DNA from: Candidatus Binatia bacterium
GTDB lineage: Bacteria > Desulfobacterota > Binatia > UBA9968 > JAJDTQ01
Direction of reading: 5' to 3'
DNA length: 64,000 bases
Assembly: GCA_963422385.1 (NCBI GenBank)
Contig: OY729432.1
Span: 1,109,666-1,173,665 of the forward strand
Notes under the pieces: generated by a model
The model's database searches: none
What the model was told of the DNA's origin: nothing
The model's input: the letters and a program-made list of their open reading frames with translations, nothing else
In this document: in pieces, positions 28,912-38,630 of the stretch
Position numbering within the stretch: the stretch's first letter is position 1
Layout: each line of letters opens with the position of its first letter
Position numbers and translations under genes: made by a program

Positions 28912-29070
28912 GTGTGCTGTCCCACGTATTCTTTCACCAATCTGCTGGTCTTTCTTGCCGTCGGCTGCGTTGCTCCCCCTCGCGTGGTATCGGCCACTGC
29001 TCGTCGTCGCGCCTTGCCGACCACAAGAAATCCTGCGCAGACTGGTGAAAGAATACGTGGGACGGCACAC
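28912..29070. repeat. Structured intergenic repeat, copy B: the conserved core inside a 34-bp inverted repeat (28912-28945 and 29037-29070; 2 mismatches)
   Basis: Core 28953-29036 is about 85% identical to copy A. The arms gtgtgctgtcccacgtattctttcaccaatctgc and gcagactggtgaaagaatacgtgggacggcacac are complementary to each other. Confidence 0.55.
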
Positions 29071-29930
29071 TAACGTCCCGTCAGCTCGCGCGCCCGGTTC
29101 AGCACGGCGAACGAACGCGGCGCGCTGGGCATGAGGAAGCGGTAGCCAGCCTCCACCAGGCGCTCGATGTTGTCGGCGCCGGGATGCGGATGGCCGCAGG
29201 GAACCCCTTGCTCCTTGCAGATATCCAGGATCCGGTTGATGGCGTCGGCCACTACCGGATGGTCGTAATCCCGTGGGTGGCCCAGCTCCTGGCTCAGGTC
29301 CCCTTCGCCAACAAGCACCACTCCGATGCCCGGGACATCCTTGAGCATGGCCGGCAGGTTTTCGATGGCGCGGACCTCCTCGCACTGGATCACCACCAGG
29401 ATCTCGCCGTCGGGCGCCAGCGGCCACACGTCCGCGCGCTTGTAGTACTCCTGCTGGGAGAGCCCCCAGTAACGGGCGGCTCGGGTGGGCGCGTCGCCGC
29501 GGATGCCCGGAGGATCATGGAGCGGAGCGGACGAAAGCCGCGGATAACGGCAGGCCGACACCGCGTTGCGCGCCTCCTCCACCGAGCTGACGTGAGGGAA
29601 AATAATCCCGTAGACGCCGATGTCCAGCACCTGCTTCGCCAGCCACTGGTTCATCTCGTTGCCGTTGGGAGGGATGCGCACCATCGGCGTTACCGCGGGG
29701 GTCAGGGTGCCGCGGTCCACCAACTGCCGCCGGTCCAGCATGTACTGCAACGCGTGCCGCAGCCCCGGAATGTCCAGGGGCGCATGCTCCATCTCGAAGG
29801 CCACGCCGTCGAGCCGGGAACCCGCCATGGCGATGGCGGTCTCGACGTCGTTGGAGGTGAAGCTCACGAAGGCCGTCCTGCCTTCCTCCAGCGCTTTGAC
29901 GACACCGTTGAGACGCGGGATTTCCGCCAT
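29070..29930 (-). CDS. HpcH/HpaI aldolase/citrate-lyase family protein
   Basis: TIM-barrel HpcH motifs (AFEMEHAP, VVLVGEGDLSQELG). Confidence 0.8.
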   Translation of the reverse strand: MAEIPRLNGVVKALEEGRTAFVSFTSNDVETAIAMAGSRLDGVAFEMEHAPLDIPGLRHALQYMLDRRQLVDRGTLTPAVTPMVRIPPNGNEMNQWLAKQVLDIGVYGIIFPHVSSVEEARNAVSACRYPRLSSAPLHDPPGIRGDAPTRAARYWGLSQQEYYKRADVWPLAPDGEILVVIQCEEVRAIENLPAMLKDVPGIGVVLVGEGDLSQELGHPRDYDHPVVADAINRILDICKEQGVPCGHPHPGADNIERLVEAGYRFLMPSAPRSFAVLNRARELTGR

Positions 29931-30045
29931 GAATCACTCCTTGGCCCTTCGACTTCGCTCCGCTACGCTCAGGGCGAACGGCAGATGGTCCTGAGCTTTG
30001 CCAAGCCTATAGCCTGTCCTTCCGGGCTTTGCTAGTGTAATTTCC

Positions 30046-30075
30046 CTTGGAGTCGGGAGACTTGGAGTCGGGAGA
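30046..30075. repeat. 15-bp tandem duplication (cttggagtcgggaga x2) in a divergent promoter region
   Basis: An exact tandem repeat seen directly in the sequence. Confidence 0.5.
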
Positions 30076-30093
30076 CGACACTGGAACACGCTT

Positions 30094-30124
30094 GGTGTGG
30101 TGTCCTGTATAAACCGTGGACAAG
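30094..30124. repeat. Second copy of the 31-nt intergenic motif GTGTGGTGTCCTGTATAAACCGTGGACAA, immediately upstream of the amidohydrolase start
   Basis: 28/31 identity with 6341-6371. Confidence 0.4.
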
Positions 30125-30137
30125 ACTCGTTGGGGGT

Positions 30138-31130
30138 ATGCTCGTGATCATCGACGCCCATGCACACTACACCACGGCGCCGGCAAAGCTTCAGTCCTTT
30201 CGCGCCCGGCAGATCGTCAACCAGGCGCGGCCGGCGCCCGGCAAGCTCAACATCAGTGATGAAGAGCTCGAACAGTCCATGCGCTCGCAGTTCAAGCGAA
30301 TGGCCGACACCGGCATCGACCGGCTGCTGTTCTCGCCCCAGGCCTCGGCCATGGGCCACCACTTCGGTTCCGAGCTCATCAGCCGCTATTGGAGCGAGGC
30401 CTGCAACGACCTCATCGGACGCATCGCCAGGCTGTGGCCGGACAAGGTCTCGCCGGTGTGCCAGCTCCCCCAGTCGCCGGGGGTCAGCCCCGGAAGCTGG
30501 GTGGAAGAACTCGAGCGCCGCGTCAGGGAACAGGGCTTCATCGCGTGCAACATCAACCCCGATCTGTGCAGCGGCCGCGAGCCGTGGACGCCGTCTCTGG
30601 GAGACGAGTGGTGGTATCCACTGTGGGAGAAGATGGTGGAGCTGGACATACCGGGGACCATCCATGCCAGCGCGTCCCTGAACCCTGCCTTCCACACCAC
30701 GAGCTCGTACTACATCGGCCAGCACCACAACGGCGCCGTGGAGTTGCTGAGCTCCCGCGTGTTCCAGGACTTCCCGAAGCTCAAGCTCGTCATTCCCCAC
30801 GGCGGCGGCGCCGTGCCCTACCAGTGGAACCGCCACCGGGGGATGCACGTGAAGGAGGGGCTGGAGCCGTTCGAGGAGGCGGCCCGCCGGGTCTACTGGG
30901 ACATGGCCATCTATGACGCCGAAGGCATGGAGATGCTGATCAAGCGGGTCGGGTCCGACCGCGTTCTGTTCGCCACCGAGATGTTCGGCGCGGTGAACGC
31001 CACCGACCCCCGGACCGGCCGCAACTTCGAGGAGGTCGTACCGATCTTCGAGTCCGTCCCGGGCCTGACCGACGAAGACCGCTACAACATCACCGAAGGC
31101 AACGCCAGGCGGCTCTACGGGTTGCCATAG
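30138..31130 (+). CDS. Amidohydrolase-2 family protein
   Basis: IIDAHAHY ... metal-ligand pattern of the amidohydrolase_2 family. Confidence 0.8.
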   Translation: MLVIIDAHAHYTTAPAKLQSFRARQIVNQARPAPGKLNISDEELEQSMRSQFKRMADTGIDRLLFSPQASAMGHHFGSELISRYWSEACNDLIGRIARLWPDKVSPVCQLPQSPGVSPGSWVEELERRVREQGFIACNINPDLCSGREPWTPSLGDEWWYPLWEKMVELDIPGTIHASASLNPAFHTTSSYYIGQHHNGAVELLSSRVFQDFPKLKLVIPHGGGAVPYQWNRHRGMHVKEGLEPFEEAARRVYWDMAIYDAEGMEMLIKRVGSDRVLFATEMFGAVNATDPRTGRNFEEVVPIFESVPGLTDEDRYNITEGNARRLYGLP

Positions 31131-31228
31131 ACAAACGCATTGGCCCTTCCCTGCATCGGCTGCGTGGCCGGAGCGGGCGGGCTTGAACCCCGTCCCTGCA
31201 GGCCGTAGGCGGACGGACGGAGACATTC

Positions 31229-32338
31229 ATGATCGACTTTTTCTTTCCCAACAACGTCATGGGCACCCAGACGCTTCGGCTCGTGGCCGAAGCCCAGCAG
31301 GGAGGCGGGGACGTTTTCGACATCGCGCGCCTGTGCCGCGACCTGGACCCCAACGACAGGAAGGGATGGGAACAGGCCTGGCTCGATCTGGCCCGGAGGA
31401 CCGAGGACACTGCCATGGACGCGCTGGCGGCGGGCCACGAGCACACCGCCATGCAGTTCTTCTTCCAGGCCAACCAGTATTTCCGCATGTCCGACGTATT
31501 CCTGACCATCGCCGAGAACGACGTCAAGGCCGAGCGGTTCCGGATGTCCCAGACGAGCTTCCGGGCGGCCGCGGCGCTGCACAGGCCGGCCATGGAAGTC
31601 ATCAGCGTCCGTTGCGGCGACGAAGAATATGACGGCTACTTCTGTCACCCCAAGTATCCGGCTCCGGGCAAGTGGCCGGCCGTGTTCCTCATCGGCGGCG
31701 CCGACGCCTTTGCCGAGGAGATCTTCTTCAGCGGCCGGCAGGTGCTGGAGTACGGCTGGGCGCTGCTGCTGGTGGACACGCCCGGACGGGGCTCGTCCAT
31801 GTACGTCAAGGGGATCCCCACCCGGGCGGACTACGAGGTGCCCGCCAAAGCGTGTATCGACTACCTGGTGTCCCGGCCGGAGGTGGATCCCGAGCGCATC
31901 GGCCTCATCGGCATCAGCATGGCCGGCTACTACGCGCCGCGGGCCGCGGCGTTCGATGAGCGCATCAAGGCGCTGGTGGGCTGGAGCGGCTGCTACAGCG
32001 TGCTGGACGACCTCTATCTCTTCTGCGAGCACCTCCAGCCGGTGGTGCAACGGCTGCTGGGCGGCGTGAGCGACGAAGTCGCCCGGGAGCGGCTCAAGGA
32101 CTTCACCATGGAGGGAGCCGCCCGGAACATCACCTGCCCCACGCTCATCACCCACGGCGCCGACGATCGGCTGATGAACCTGGAAGGCGCCAAGCGACTG
32201 TACGAAGAGATCGGCAGCACGGACAAGACCCTCAAGATTTACGACGACCCGGCCAGCGGGGGCGCCATCCATTGCAGCCACGACTACTGGGGCCACAACG
32301 TGCCGTACATGCTGGATTGGATGCAGGACCGGCTCTAG
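31229..32338 (+). CDS. Alpha/beta hydrolase family protein
   Basis: GISMAGYYA nucleophile elbow and a C-terminal His/Asp region (THGADDRL). Confidence 0.65.
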   Translation: MIDFFFPNNVMGTQTLRLVAEAQQGGGDVFDIARLCRDLDPNDRKGWEQAWLDLARRTEDTAMDALAAGHEHTAMQFFFQANQYFRMSDVFLTIAENDVKAERFRMSQTSFRAAAALHRPAMEVISVRCGDEEYDGYFCHPKYPAPGKWPAVFLIGGADAFAEEIFFSGRQVLEYGWALLLVDTPGRGSSMYVKGIPTRADYEVPAKACIDYLVSRPEVDPERIGLIGISMAGYYAPRAAAFDERIKALVGWSGCYSVLDDLYLFCEHLQPVVQRLLGGVSDEVARERLKDFTMEGAARNITCPTLITHGADDRLMNLEGAKRLYEEIGSTDKTLKIYDDPASGGAIHCSHDYWGHNVPYMLDWMQDRL

Positions 32339-32468
32339 GTTGGAGACTATGGCAAGCGATTTACACGTCGTGTGTACATGCCATTTCGTCAGAAAAACCG
32401 GGCTGTTTCACCTGAGATAACATAGTACAAGATTCGACCCTCATTTGTCCTGTCAAGGAGGAGCCGTC

Positions 32469-32948
32469 ATGGCCAAGGGATCGGTTGTCTCGATACAGAT
32501 CGCCAAGGACGCCAAGGGCGCGATGGAGAACGTCCAGAAAGCCCGCGCGGTGGAAGGAAAGGGCCTCGAAGGGGACCGTTACGGTAATCAGGTGGGCAGC
32601 TACTCGCACAACCCCGGTCCGGACCGCGAGGTGACGCTCATCGAGGTCGAAGCCATCGAGGCCATGGAGCACGACTACGGCACGAGGCTGGACTCCAAGG
32701 ACAGCCGTCGCAACATTACCACGCGCGGCGTTCCCCTGAATCACTTGGTGCAGGGGCGGGAGTTCACGGTGGGAGACGTGAAGCTGCGCGGGCTGCGCGT
32801 GTGCGAGCCCTGCGCCAACCTCGCGAGGCTCACGGGCAAGAATGTGCTGCAAGGCCTCGTGCACCGGGGCGGTCTGCGCGCCCAAGTGCTGACCGGCGGC
32901 ACCATCCGCGTGGGCGACACCGTGGAATGGGAGCCGGAAGGCGGCTAG
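32469..32948 (+). CDS. MOSC domain-containing protein
   Basis: MOSC beta-barrel motifs (GDRY ... LRVCEPCANL with the conserved Cys). Confidence 0.7.
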   Translation: MAKGSVVSIQIAKDAKGAMENVQKARAVEGKGLEGDRYGNQVGSYSHNPGPDREVTLIEVEAIEAMEHDYGTRLDSKDSRRNITTRGVPLNHLVQGREFTVGDVKLRGLRVCEPCANLARLTGKNVLQGLVHRGGLRAQVLTGGTIRVGDTVEWEPEGG

Positions 32949-33094
32949 GAGTCCGGCAATTCCATATGGAAGGGTAGAGGGACTTTCCGGGCATGGGTCT
33001 GCTTGTACGCGGCGCTGCGTCCACGCGACACCAGCGCCTTGAACTCTTCTCGCTCCTGTGGACTCAACCTGACTCGGTACTTCTTTGCCGGCAT
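32945..33094 (-). mobile_element. IS630/Tc1-mariner-family transposase N-terminal fragment (IS remnant)
   Basis: MPAKKYRVRLSPQEREEFKALVSRGRSAAYKQTHAR matches the conserved IS630 HTH N-terminus; the ORF stops after about 50 aa and no transposase body follows. Confidence 0.55.
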
Positions 33095-33185
33095 GATCAT
33101 CCTCCCGACCTTCAATCCCATGACCCAATGATCACCAGAACACTTGGAAGCATACATCAAGTACCACTCAATTTATGATGGAGGA

Positions 33186-34211
33186 CTACCAGGCGCGTGA
33201 ACTCTCAGGCACGATGAAGAGATCCCCGGTCCGGTATCGTTGCGGAGTGAGGCCCTGCTCATGGGCATAGTCGAGGAACGCCTCCACGGTCTTGCCATCT
33301 TCATCGAGGGAGTAGCTCCAGGGGTCTCTCAGATGCCCCGGGCCGCCGCACAGGATCTCCGTCTGCTCCGGGGCGAGGGACTCCCACCACTGCTCCTCCT
33401 CCAAAGCCAGGATGTAGCGTGATCTCGGCTCTTCGCCGCGGTTCCCCACAGCCTTGGCGCGAATAAACGCGTCGTAGAGCGCCTGGCACAGATCCTCATT
33501 CCTCTCGGCGACATCCTGCCACAGCGCGATAGTGTGCATGATGGGGAAAAAGCCGGTGCGCGCGTAGTAGTCCACTTCGAGCTGGCGGGTGTCCTCGCCC
33601 AAAAGCCACTGCACGCCGACCGCCTCCCACGCCGCCGGGCCCAGGCTGGAAGCTTCGATCATGGCATCGATACCGCCCCGCACCAGCAGCTCCTCCAGAC
33701 TCTCGCCGGGACGCACTACCTCCACCTCGAGGTGGTTGCGGACCGCGTCACGCAACGGCACGTCCACGGTCACCACCCAGGTGATGTCGTTCAGGTTGAC
33801 GCCGTATTCGTGCTGCAGCAGCGCCCGCGCCCACAGGCCGGCGCTCAGGTTGAGACGCCGCACGCCGACGCGCCGCCCGGCCAAGTCTTCCGGCGACTCG
33901 ATGCCCGCCCCGCCCCGGCAGAAGATGTGGGGATGCCGGAAGCGGCGGTAGTGAAAGACGGGAATGGCGACGAGCGGAACGCCCTGGGAGCGCGCGGTGA
34001 CCAACGGGGCCATGCCCATCTCGCAGATGTCGAAGGCCTTGTCATCGAGCATACGCAGAGTGCGTGGATACTGGTAGTCGCCCAGGATTCCGGTGGGTGG
34101 GAACGGATCGGGTATGATCTCGATGTCGTATCCCGCCACCGCAACGCGTCCGTCAAGCAACGCACGGGTCCGCTTGTATTCGCCACACGACAGGGTCGGT
34201 CGAGGCTTCAT
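33186..34211 (-). CDS. 4,5-dihydroxyphthalate decarboxylase-like (PhtD/NMT1-like) protein
   Basis: The N-terminus KPRPTLSCGEYKRTRALLDGRV matches the PhtD-like family start. Confidence 0.55.
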   Translation of the reverse strand: MKPRPTLSCGEYKRTRALLDGRVAVAGYDIEIIPDPFPPTGILGDYQYPRTLRMLDDKAFDICEMGMAPLVTARSQGVPLVAIPVFHYRRFRHPHIFCRGGAGIESPEDLAGRRVGVRRLNLSAGLWARALLQHEYGVNLNDITWVVTVDVPLRDAVRNHLEVEVVRPGESLEELLVRGGIDAMIEASSLGPAAWEAVGVQWLLGEDTRQLEVDYYARTGFFPIMHTIALWQDVAERNEDLCQALYDAFIRAKAVGNRGEEPRSRYILALEEEQWWESLAPEQTEILCGGPGHLRDPWSYSLDEDGKTVEAFLDYAHEQGLTPQRYRTGDLFIVPESSRAW

Positions 34212-34271
34212 GGTATCGGGCTGATATGAGCCGAACATGGAATCGCACTTCTGACGAGCCCGCCGCTCATG

Positions 34272-35951
34272 TCACTCTCCCCGCGCCACCCGATAGGGCA
34301 GGACGGTCACAGCGGCCCGGGTCAGGTCGAGTTTCGCCAGCGCGTCGAGAAAGACGCTGTCCGGGGCAGCGGGCTTTCCCGTCTCCTTCCTCGGATCGTA
34401 GCAGAACGGCGGGGCCAGCTTCTCGAAATCCAGACGCTTGCCCGCAGCGAGCACGATGATCGCCTCGTGACTGACCGTGCTGCCGCGCAACGGCGCCGAT
34501 GTGACGGGACAGCGACGGTCCCTTGGCAGCGTCACATGCCCGTCCTTCGGGATGGTCGGGTCCGGCTCAATGAAGTGCGGGTAAAGGCGAATCACCTTGT
34601 TGTCTGCGCCCCAAGCGAACATCGCTACATAAACCATCTCCTTCGCCGACAGCTTGATGCGGATCTCCTCTCCCGCGCGCAGCGCATCCTTTTCGAGCCT
34701 GGCTTCCAATTCCGGCCGCGAGTCCGTACCGACCTTGACGACACGCGCGTCCAGTTCACCCTTCCAGCCCCCCATCCTTGTCCCGCCACGGCCCATGAAC
34801 TGTTCGTCCGCCGGTATGCCATGTTCGAGAGTCAAGCGCAGCATCTCCACCCCCTCTGCCTCGGAACGAATCTGGTCGATTCCCGGCACCTCGAGACCCA
34901 GCGCCTCTGCTACCACCCGCGCTCGGGCCAGGTTCCTCACCGCCCGCTTCGCGCTGTTCTGGCCGAGGGTGCTCGACACCGCGGCGCGTGCGGAAGCCCT
35001 GTAGCGTCTTGTGCCTGAATCCTGCTCGGTCAAGTGCGCCGGCAGCCACTCTTTTCTGATCGTGGCCTTATTCCTTGCTACCTCGCCGCCGCCGTCCCGC
35101 AACGTTGCGGACACGAAGACGGTCTCCGTTGTCCGTGTAACCTCGCCGCGCAACTCGTAGCTACCGCGTGGCGCCACGGCGCCACCGTCGCTACCTCCCG
35201 TGATGGCGGTCGGAAGACTGCGACGGCGCCCTTCAAGCCTCTTCTCGGCGACTCTTCTTATCTCCCACCCGATAGCCTCGGTAAGCTTGGTTCGTTGGCC
35301 TGTCCCCGCGTCGGCAAAGAATACCCTCGAAATCGGATTCGGCTCGGCCGCCTCCTTCGCAAGCTCAAGACCCAAGCGGGCCAGTGTGTACTCGTAGCGG
35401 AACCGCGCGTCCACGGGAAACACCGCCAGCGGGCCGGGCACGTCACTCTCGAGTTTGCTATTTCTGCGGACGGGAGCTGCCACGCAGCTAAGTGCTATGC
35501 CATGGTCTTCCAATTGGTCTTCCAATTTCTGGTTTTTCAATTTCCTGTCTTCGCAAGACACTACGATGTTGACACCCCGGGTTTTTAAGAACTCATGGAA
35601 GTCGCTCTTCTCATTCTCACTTTGCCAGCTTTCCCATATATCTTCTCTGCGGTCCCTCGCATCGAGGTTATACTTTCCTTTGGATTCGTCATACATGGCT
35701 CTAAAAATACGGTCGTAAAGATGGGCTGCCACACCGTCGGGAATAGCGGTCTTCGGAGGCCCGAAGGGGAGCAGGGCGATGCGCTCCTTGCGCTCCTCGT
35801 TCTTTGGCAATCTCCGGATCAACTCCTGCCCGAGGCAGGTTTCTCGACACGCCTCCCCGTCGCCGGTCTGCGCGACAGCCGCATCCGCCATCATGCCGCC
35901 CAGCAAGACCGCCGCCAACCCGACGTGGCGCCATCGCCTGTGCATATCCAC
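34272..35951 (-). CDS. Secreted hypothetical protein with a C-terminal DUF4384-like domain
   Basis: A signal peptide, and a C-terminal segment (MVYVAMFAWGADNKVIRLYPH) typical of the DUF4384 that co-occurs with caspase-domain proteins. Confidence 0.55.
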   Translation of the reverse strand: MDMHRRWRHVGLAAVLLGGMMADAAVAQTGDGEACRETCLGQELIRRLPKNEERKERIALLPFGPPKTAIPDGVAAHLYDRIFRAMYDESKGKYNLDARDRREDIWESWQSENEKSDFHEFLKTRGVNIVVSCEDRKLKNQKLEDQLEDHGIALSCVAAPVRRNSKLESDVPGPLAVFPVDARFRYEYTLARLGLELAKEAAEPNPISRVFFADAGTGQRTKLTEAIGWEIRRVAEKRLEGRRRSLPTAITGGSDGGAVAPRGSYELRGEVTRTTETVFVSATLRDGGGEVARNKATIRKEWLPAHLTEQDSGTRRYRASARAAVSSTLGQNSAKRAVRNLARARVVAEALGLEVPGIDQIRSEAEGVEMLRLTLEHGIPADEQFMGRGGTRMGGWKGELDARVVKVGTDSRPELEARLEKDALRAGEEIRIKLSAKEMVYVAMFAWGADNKVIRLYPHFIEPDPTIPKDGHVTLPRDRRCPVTSAPLRGSTVSHEAIIVLAAGKRLDFEKLAPPFCYDPRKETGKPAAPDSVFLDALAKLDLTRAAVTVLPYRVARGE

Positions 35952-35960
35952 TTCCTCCCG

Positions 35961-36566
35961 TTACTGGATGGCTTGCAGGCCAGTGACGCCCTTGCCCTGC
36001 TCGCCCGCATCGGGCTGGCCCATCTTCCCGGCGTCAGTACCATCTGCATCGGCCTTGCCCGCGTGCCCGTACTCGGGACTGAAGACTACGATCTCGACAC
36101 GCCGGTGCCGCGGAGAATCGGGAGAGACTCCTTCAAGCAGGTGCTCCTCGCCACGGCCCTCGTGGCGAAACCGCTCATGGTCGAGGGCGAAATGTTCGAC
36201 TAGATAGGCCACCGCTGCCACTGCACGCTTTTCGGATAAGGCAAGGTTGTACGCAGCCGGGCCCGATGCGTCGGTATGACCGTAAACACCGACATCGAAC
36301 TCTCGCAACGCCTCGCCCGAGAGAGCCGCGCCAAGCTCGTCGAGTTGCCGCCGCGCCGCAACGGTGAGATCGGCCGAGCCGCGGGCGAAGGGCACCACCA
36401 GATCCACCGAACGCGCCGTTTCACCGGTAACGGGAATGAGCCGTCCGGTCAATTTGGCGCGGCCCAACGGTTCCGAAACGGCGACGGACGGATTCACCGA
36501 CGCTACCGCCAGGCACAGCCCTACGGCCCATAGGAGCCCCTTTGGCCGTCTTTGTTCGTCCGTTCT
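35961..36566 (-). CDS. OmpA-family protein (OmpA C-terminal peptidoglycan-binding domain)
   Basis: GHTDASGPAAYNLALSEKRAVAAVAYLVE...RRVEIVV. The start is probably internal to the listed ORF, after a signal peptide. Confidence 0.7.
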   Translation of the reverse strand, partial: RTDEQRRPKGLLWAVGLCLAVASVNPSVAVSEPLGRAKLTGRLIPVTGETARSVDLVVPFARGSADLTVAARRQLDELGAALSGEALREFDVGVYGHTDASGPAAYNLALSEKRAVAAVAYLVEHFALDHERFRHEGRGEEHLLEGVSPDSPRHRRVEIVVFSPEYGHAGKADADGTDAGKMGQPDAGEQGKGVTGLQAIQ

Positions 36567-36790
36567 CACGCCGCGTGTCGTCCTACCCACAGCATCGAAA
36601 GTGATACGTCGAACACACTCGAGAAACCACAAGACATCCAAGGTCGTCCCATGCCGACGTTACGTCGAGCGTCTGTCCTGCTTGCGCCGCCATCGCCCCT
36701 GAAAGATCTCCAGGGAAACGACTTGGCTGAAGCCAGCGGCAGGATTTCCATGGTTTTATCCGGACAAATGCGGGGGTAGCGCACCTCCGC

Positions 36791-36829
36791 CCGCACCCCT
36801 CCCCCGCGGCAGCGGGGCAGGAGGGGTGC
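36791..36829. terminator. GC-rich hairpin (10-bp perfect stem gcacccctcc/ggaggggtgc) downstream of the DGR TR on the minus-strand transcript
   Basis: A perfect inverted repeat seen in the sequence; its position suggests a terminator or a TR-RNA structural element. Confidence 0.3.
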
Positions 36830-36842
36830 GAAGCCATGTTCA

Positions 36843-38117
36843 TCATGACCGCCCCTGGACGCTCTCGGGCGCGCCCGGCGGCCCCGTGGGGACGCCGGCT
36901 CTGGCTGCGGAGCGTACGGAGGATACGGAACCCGGAGTTGTTGTTCCGGTTTCCGGCAGTGTTCCTGTTACGGTTCGCGGACCGGAGGTTCCTCGGTTTG
37001 TTGTTCCAGGAACCACCGCGCAATACGCGCCGGCAGGGGGACGGTCAGGCTCTCGAGATGGGTCGAACCACCCGTCCCGAAAGATCGCTTGGCGCAAGCG
37101 CCAAGTATTCGCATGTCTGGCATGGGCAACCCAAGCGCCGACCCGTTGCTCGATGTCTGCGCGCGTTACGCGGCCTTCGCGCCAGCGTGCGCGGAGCCCC
37201 CGCAATCGGTTACGGAAGCGGCGCACGTTTGCTTCAGGCAGACGGCGGCTTCCGTCGGGCAGGAGGACGAACCCCAGAAACTCCGCTGGCTCCTTCGTCT
37301 CCATGATCCGAGTCTTGTTCGGATGAAGACGCAGGCGACGGCCCTCCAGGAACCGGGCGATCCGGCGGCGCCAATCTTCGAGACACTCAGGGTCATCATG
37401 AAACAGTGCGAAGTCGTCCACGTAACGCACATAGCCCTTGGCCCTCAGGACTTCCTTGCAGAAGTGGTCCAGTCCATCCAGGTAGAGATTGGCGAAGAAC
37501 TGGCTGGTCAGATTGCCGATGGGCAGGCCGCGTCGGCGCTCGAACGGGGTGAACAGGTCATCGTCCGGATAGTACAGGAGCACCGGCTCCTGTGGATTGG
37601 AGCCATCGACGATGCGGTCGGCCAGCGCCAGCGTGCGGGGGCAGGCGATGCGCCGTCGCAGGTCGCGCTTCAGAATCTTGTGGTCGATGGCCGGGAAGTA
37701 GCGGTAAACATCACAACGCAACACGTGGCGAAAACGGTCGCGAAACCGCTCGTAACGGGCGACGGCCCGGTGTGTCCCCTTGGCCTTGCGGTTGGCGTAG
37801 CTGTCATGGACGAAACCCCGCTCGAAGAGCGGCTCGCATACGGCGCAGAAGGCGTGATGCACCACCCGGTCGCGGAAGGGCGCGGCAGAAACAACCCGGT
37901 GTTTCGGGTCGAAGATGGCGATGGTCTTGTAACGGCCCGGACGGTAGCTCCCGTTTCGGAGTTCCCGCTCCAGCCGTAGCACATCTTTCTCCTGGTTGGC
38001 GAGGAAGGCCGCCACACCCGGCTTGGCCCGCTTGCCCGTGGCCGCGCGCAAGGCCGCTGCCCGCAAGGCGGGGAACGACGTGATGGCGTCAAACAGATCG
38101 TGTGCTTTCTCTGGCAT
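36843..38117 (-). CDS. Diversity-generating retroelement reverse transcriptase. The 3' end of the ORF overlaps the TR, so the true C-terminus is uncertain.
   Basis: YVRYVDDFALF (YxDD) and the DGR-specific IGNLTSQFFANLYL motif (SQ rather than the SP of group II intron RTs). It aligns motif by motif with Bordetella bRT (FRDRVVHHAF..., AWVAHARHANTW). The start is at MPEKAHDLF; the listed ORF carries a spurious N-terminal extension. Confidence 0.85.
   Translation of the reverse strand: MPEKAHDLFDAITSFPALRAAALRAATGKRAKPGVAAFLANQEKDVLRLERELRNGSYRPGRYKTIAIFDPKHRVVSAAPFRDRVVHHAFCAVCEPLFERGFVHDSYANRKAKGTHRAVARYERFRDRFRHVLRCDVYRYFPAIDHKILKRDLRRRIACPRTLALADRIVDGSNPQEPVLLYYPDDDLFTPFERRRGLPIGNLTSQFFANLYLDGLDHFCKEVLRAKGYVRYVDDFALFHDDPECLEDWRRRIARFLEGRRLRLHPNKTRIMETKEPAEFLGFVLLPDGSRRLPEANVRRFRNRLRGLRARWREGRVTRADIEQRVGAWVAHARHANTWRLRQAIFRDGWFDPSREPDRPPAGAYCAVVPGTTNRGTSGPRTVTGTLPETGTTTPGSVSSVRSAARAGVPTGPPGAPESVQGRS
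36911..37030 (-). repeat. DGR template repeat (TR), 120 bp
   Basis: Aligns without gaps to 38641-38760. There are 22 mismatches, and 19 of them have T on the plus strand in the TR, which is A on the coding strand. In the target frame the TR reads RGGSWNNKPRNLRSANRNRNTAGNRNNNSGFRILRT and is rich in AAC (Asn) codons. Confidence 0.85.
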
Positions 38118-38190
38118 GATGCACCCTGCTCCAGGCTCCGATCTTGCGCCCGGTCTCGTCCAGACATCGCGCCGCGTGCTCGTAGCGCCG

Positions 38191-38508
38191 CTAGTCCAGA
38201 CAACGCAAGTCCAGGGCCAGCCGAAAGAGGAACCGCAGCTTCTCGATACCCAGGTTGGACCGGGCCAAGTGATTGCTGCGCTGCCGGGTGTAGGTCGCCT
38301 CGACAAGAGATTCCAGCAAATCCAGCGCAGTCCCCTGAATGCGGTCGCCCAGCAGGAATTTCTGGCTACGGGGGAACCGTTCGACCGTCGGCACCAGCCA
38401 GAGGAGGAAGCGATAGTGAGCCTCCAGCGCGGGACCCGTGTTGCGTGCGCCATCCCTGACGGTTTCTTCCGACGGCGCGCCTCCCTCGGTGGTCGCGTCA
38501 CTTCTCAC
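38191..38508 (-). CDS. Avd-like accessory variability determinant (four-helix-bundle protein)
   Basis: A small, mostly helical ORF between the target and the RT. YRFLLWLVPTVERFPRSQKFLLGDRIQGTALDLLESLVEA fits the Avd/four-helix-bundle family pattern. Confidence 0.6.
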   Translation of the reverse strand: MRSDATTEGGAPSEETVRDGARNTGPALEAHYRFLLWLVPTVERFPRSQKFLLGDRIQGTALDLLESLVEATYTRQRSNHLARSNLGIEKLRFLFRLALDLRCLD

Positions 38509-38587
38509 GAGTCATGCCCGCTTCTCTCTATTCACCGGGGTCTGTTCTTCGGCTTTTCGCCGCACCGATTCACGCCAAATCGTCCAA

Positions 38588-38603
38588 GGGGGCTTCGCCC
38601 CCT
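38588..38603 (-). promoter_or_regulatory. GC hairpin (gggggc-ttcg-gccccc) about 38 nt downstream of the VR 3' end; a DGR homing-associated stem-loop candidate
   Basis: A 6-bp GC stem with a 4-nt loop placed where DGR VR-flanking hairpins and cruciforms occur. Confidence 0.4.
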
Positions 38604-38630
38604 GGACCCCCGAGGTAAAGAGGTAACGAT

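Noticed and set aside
38118-38501. N-terminal 128-aa extension of the RT ORF (MTRPPREARRRKKPSG...)
   Set aside because: Arg-rich low-complexity, overlaps the avd gene region in another frame, and the RT homology (Bordetella bRT-like) starts at MPEKAHDLF.
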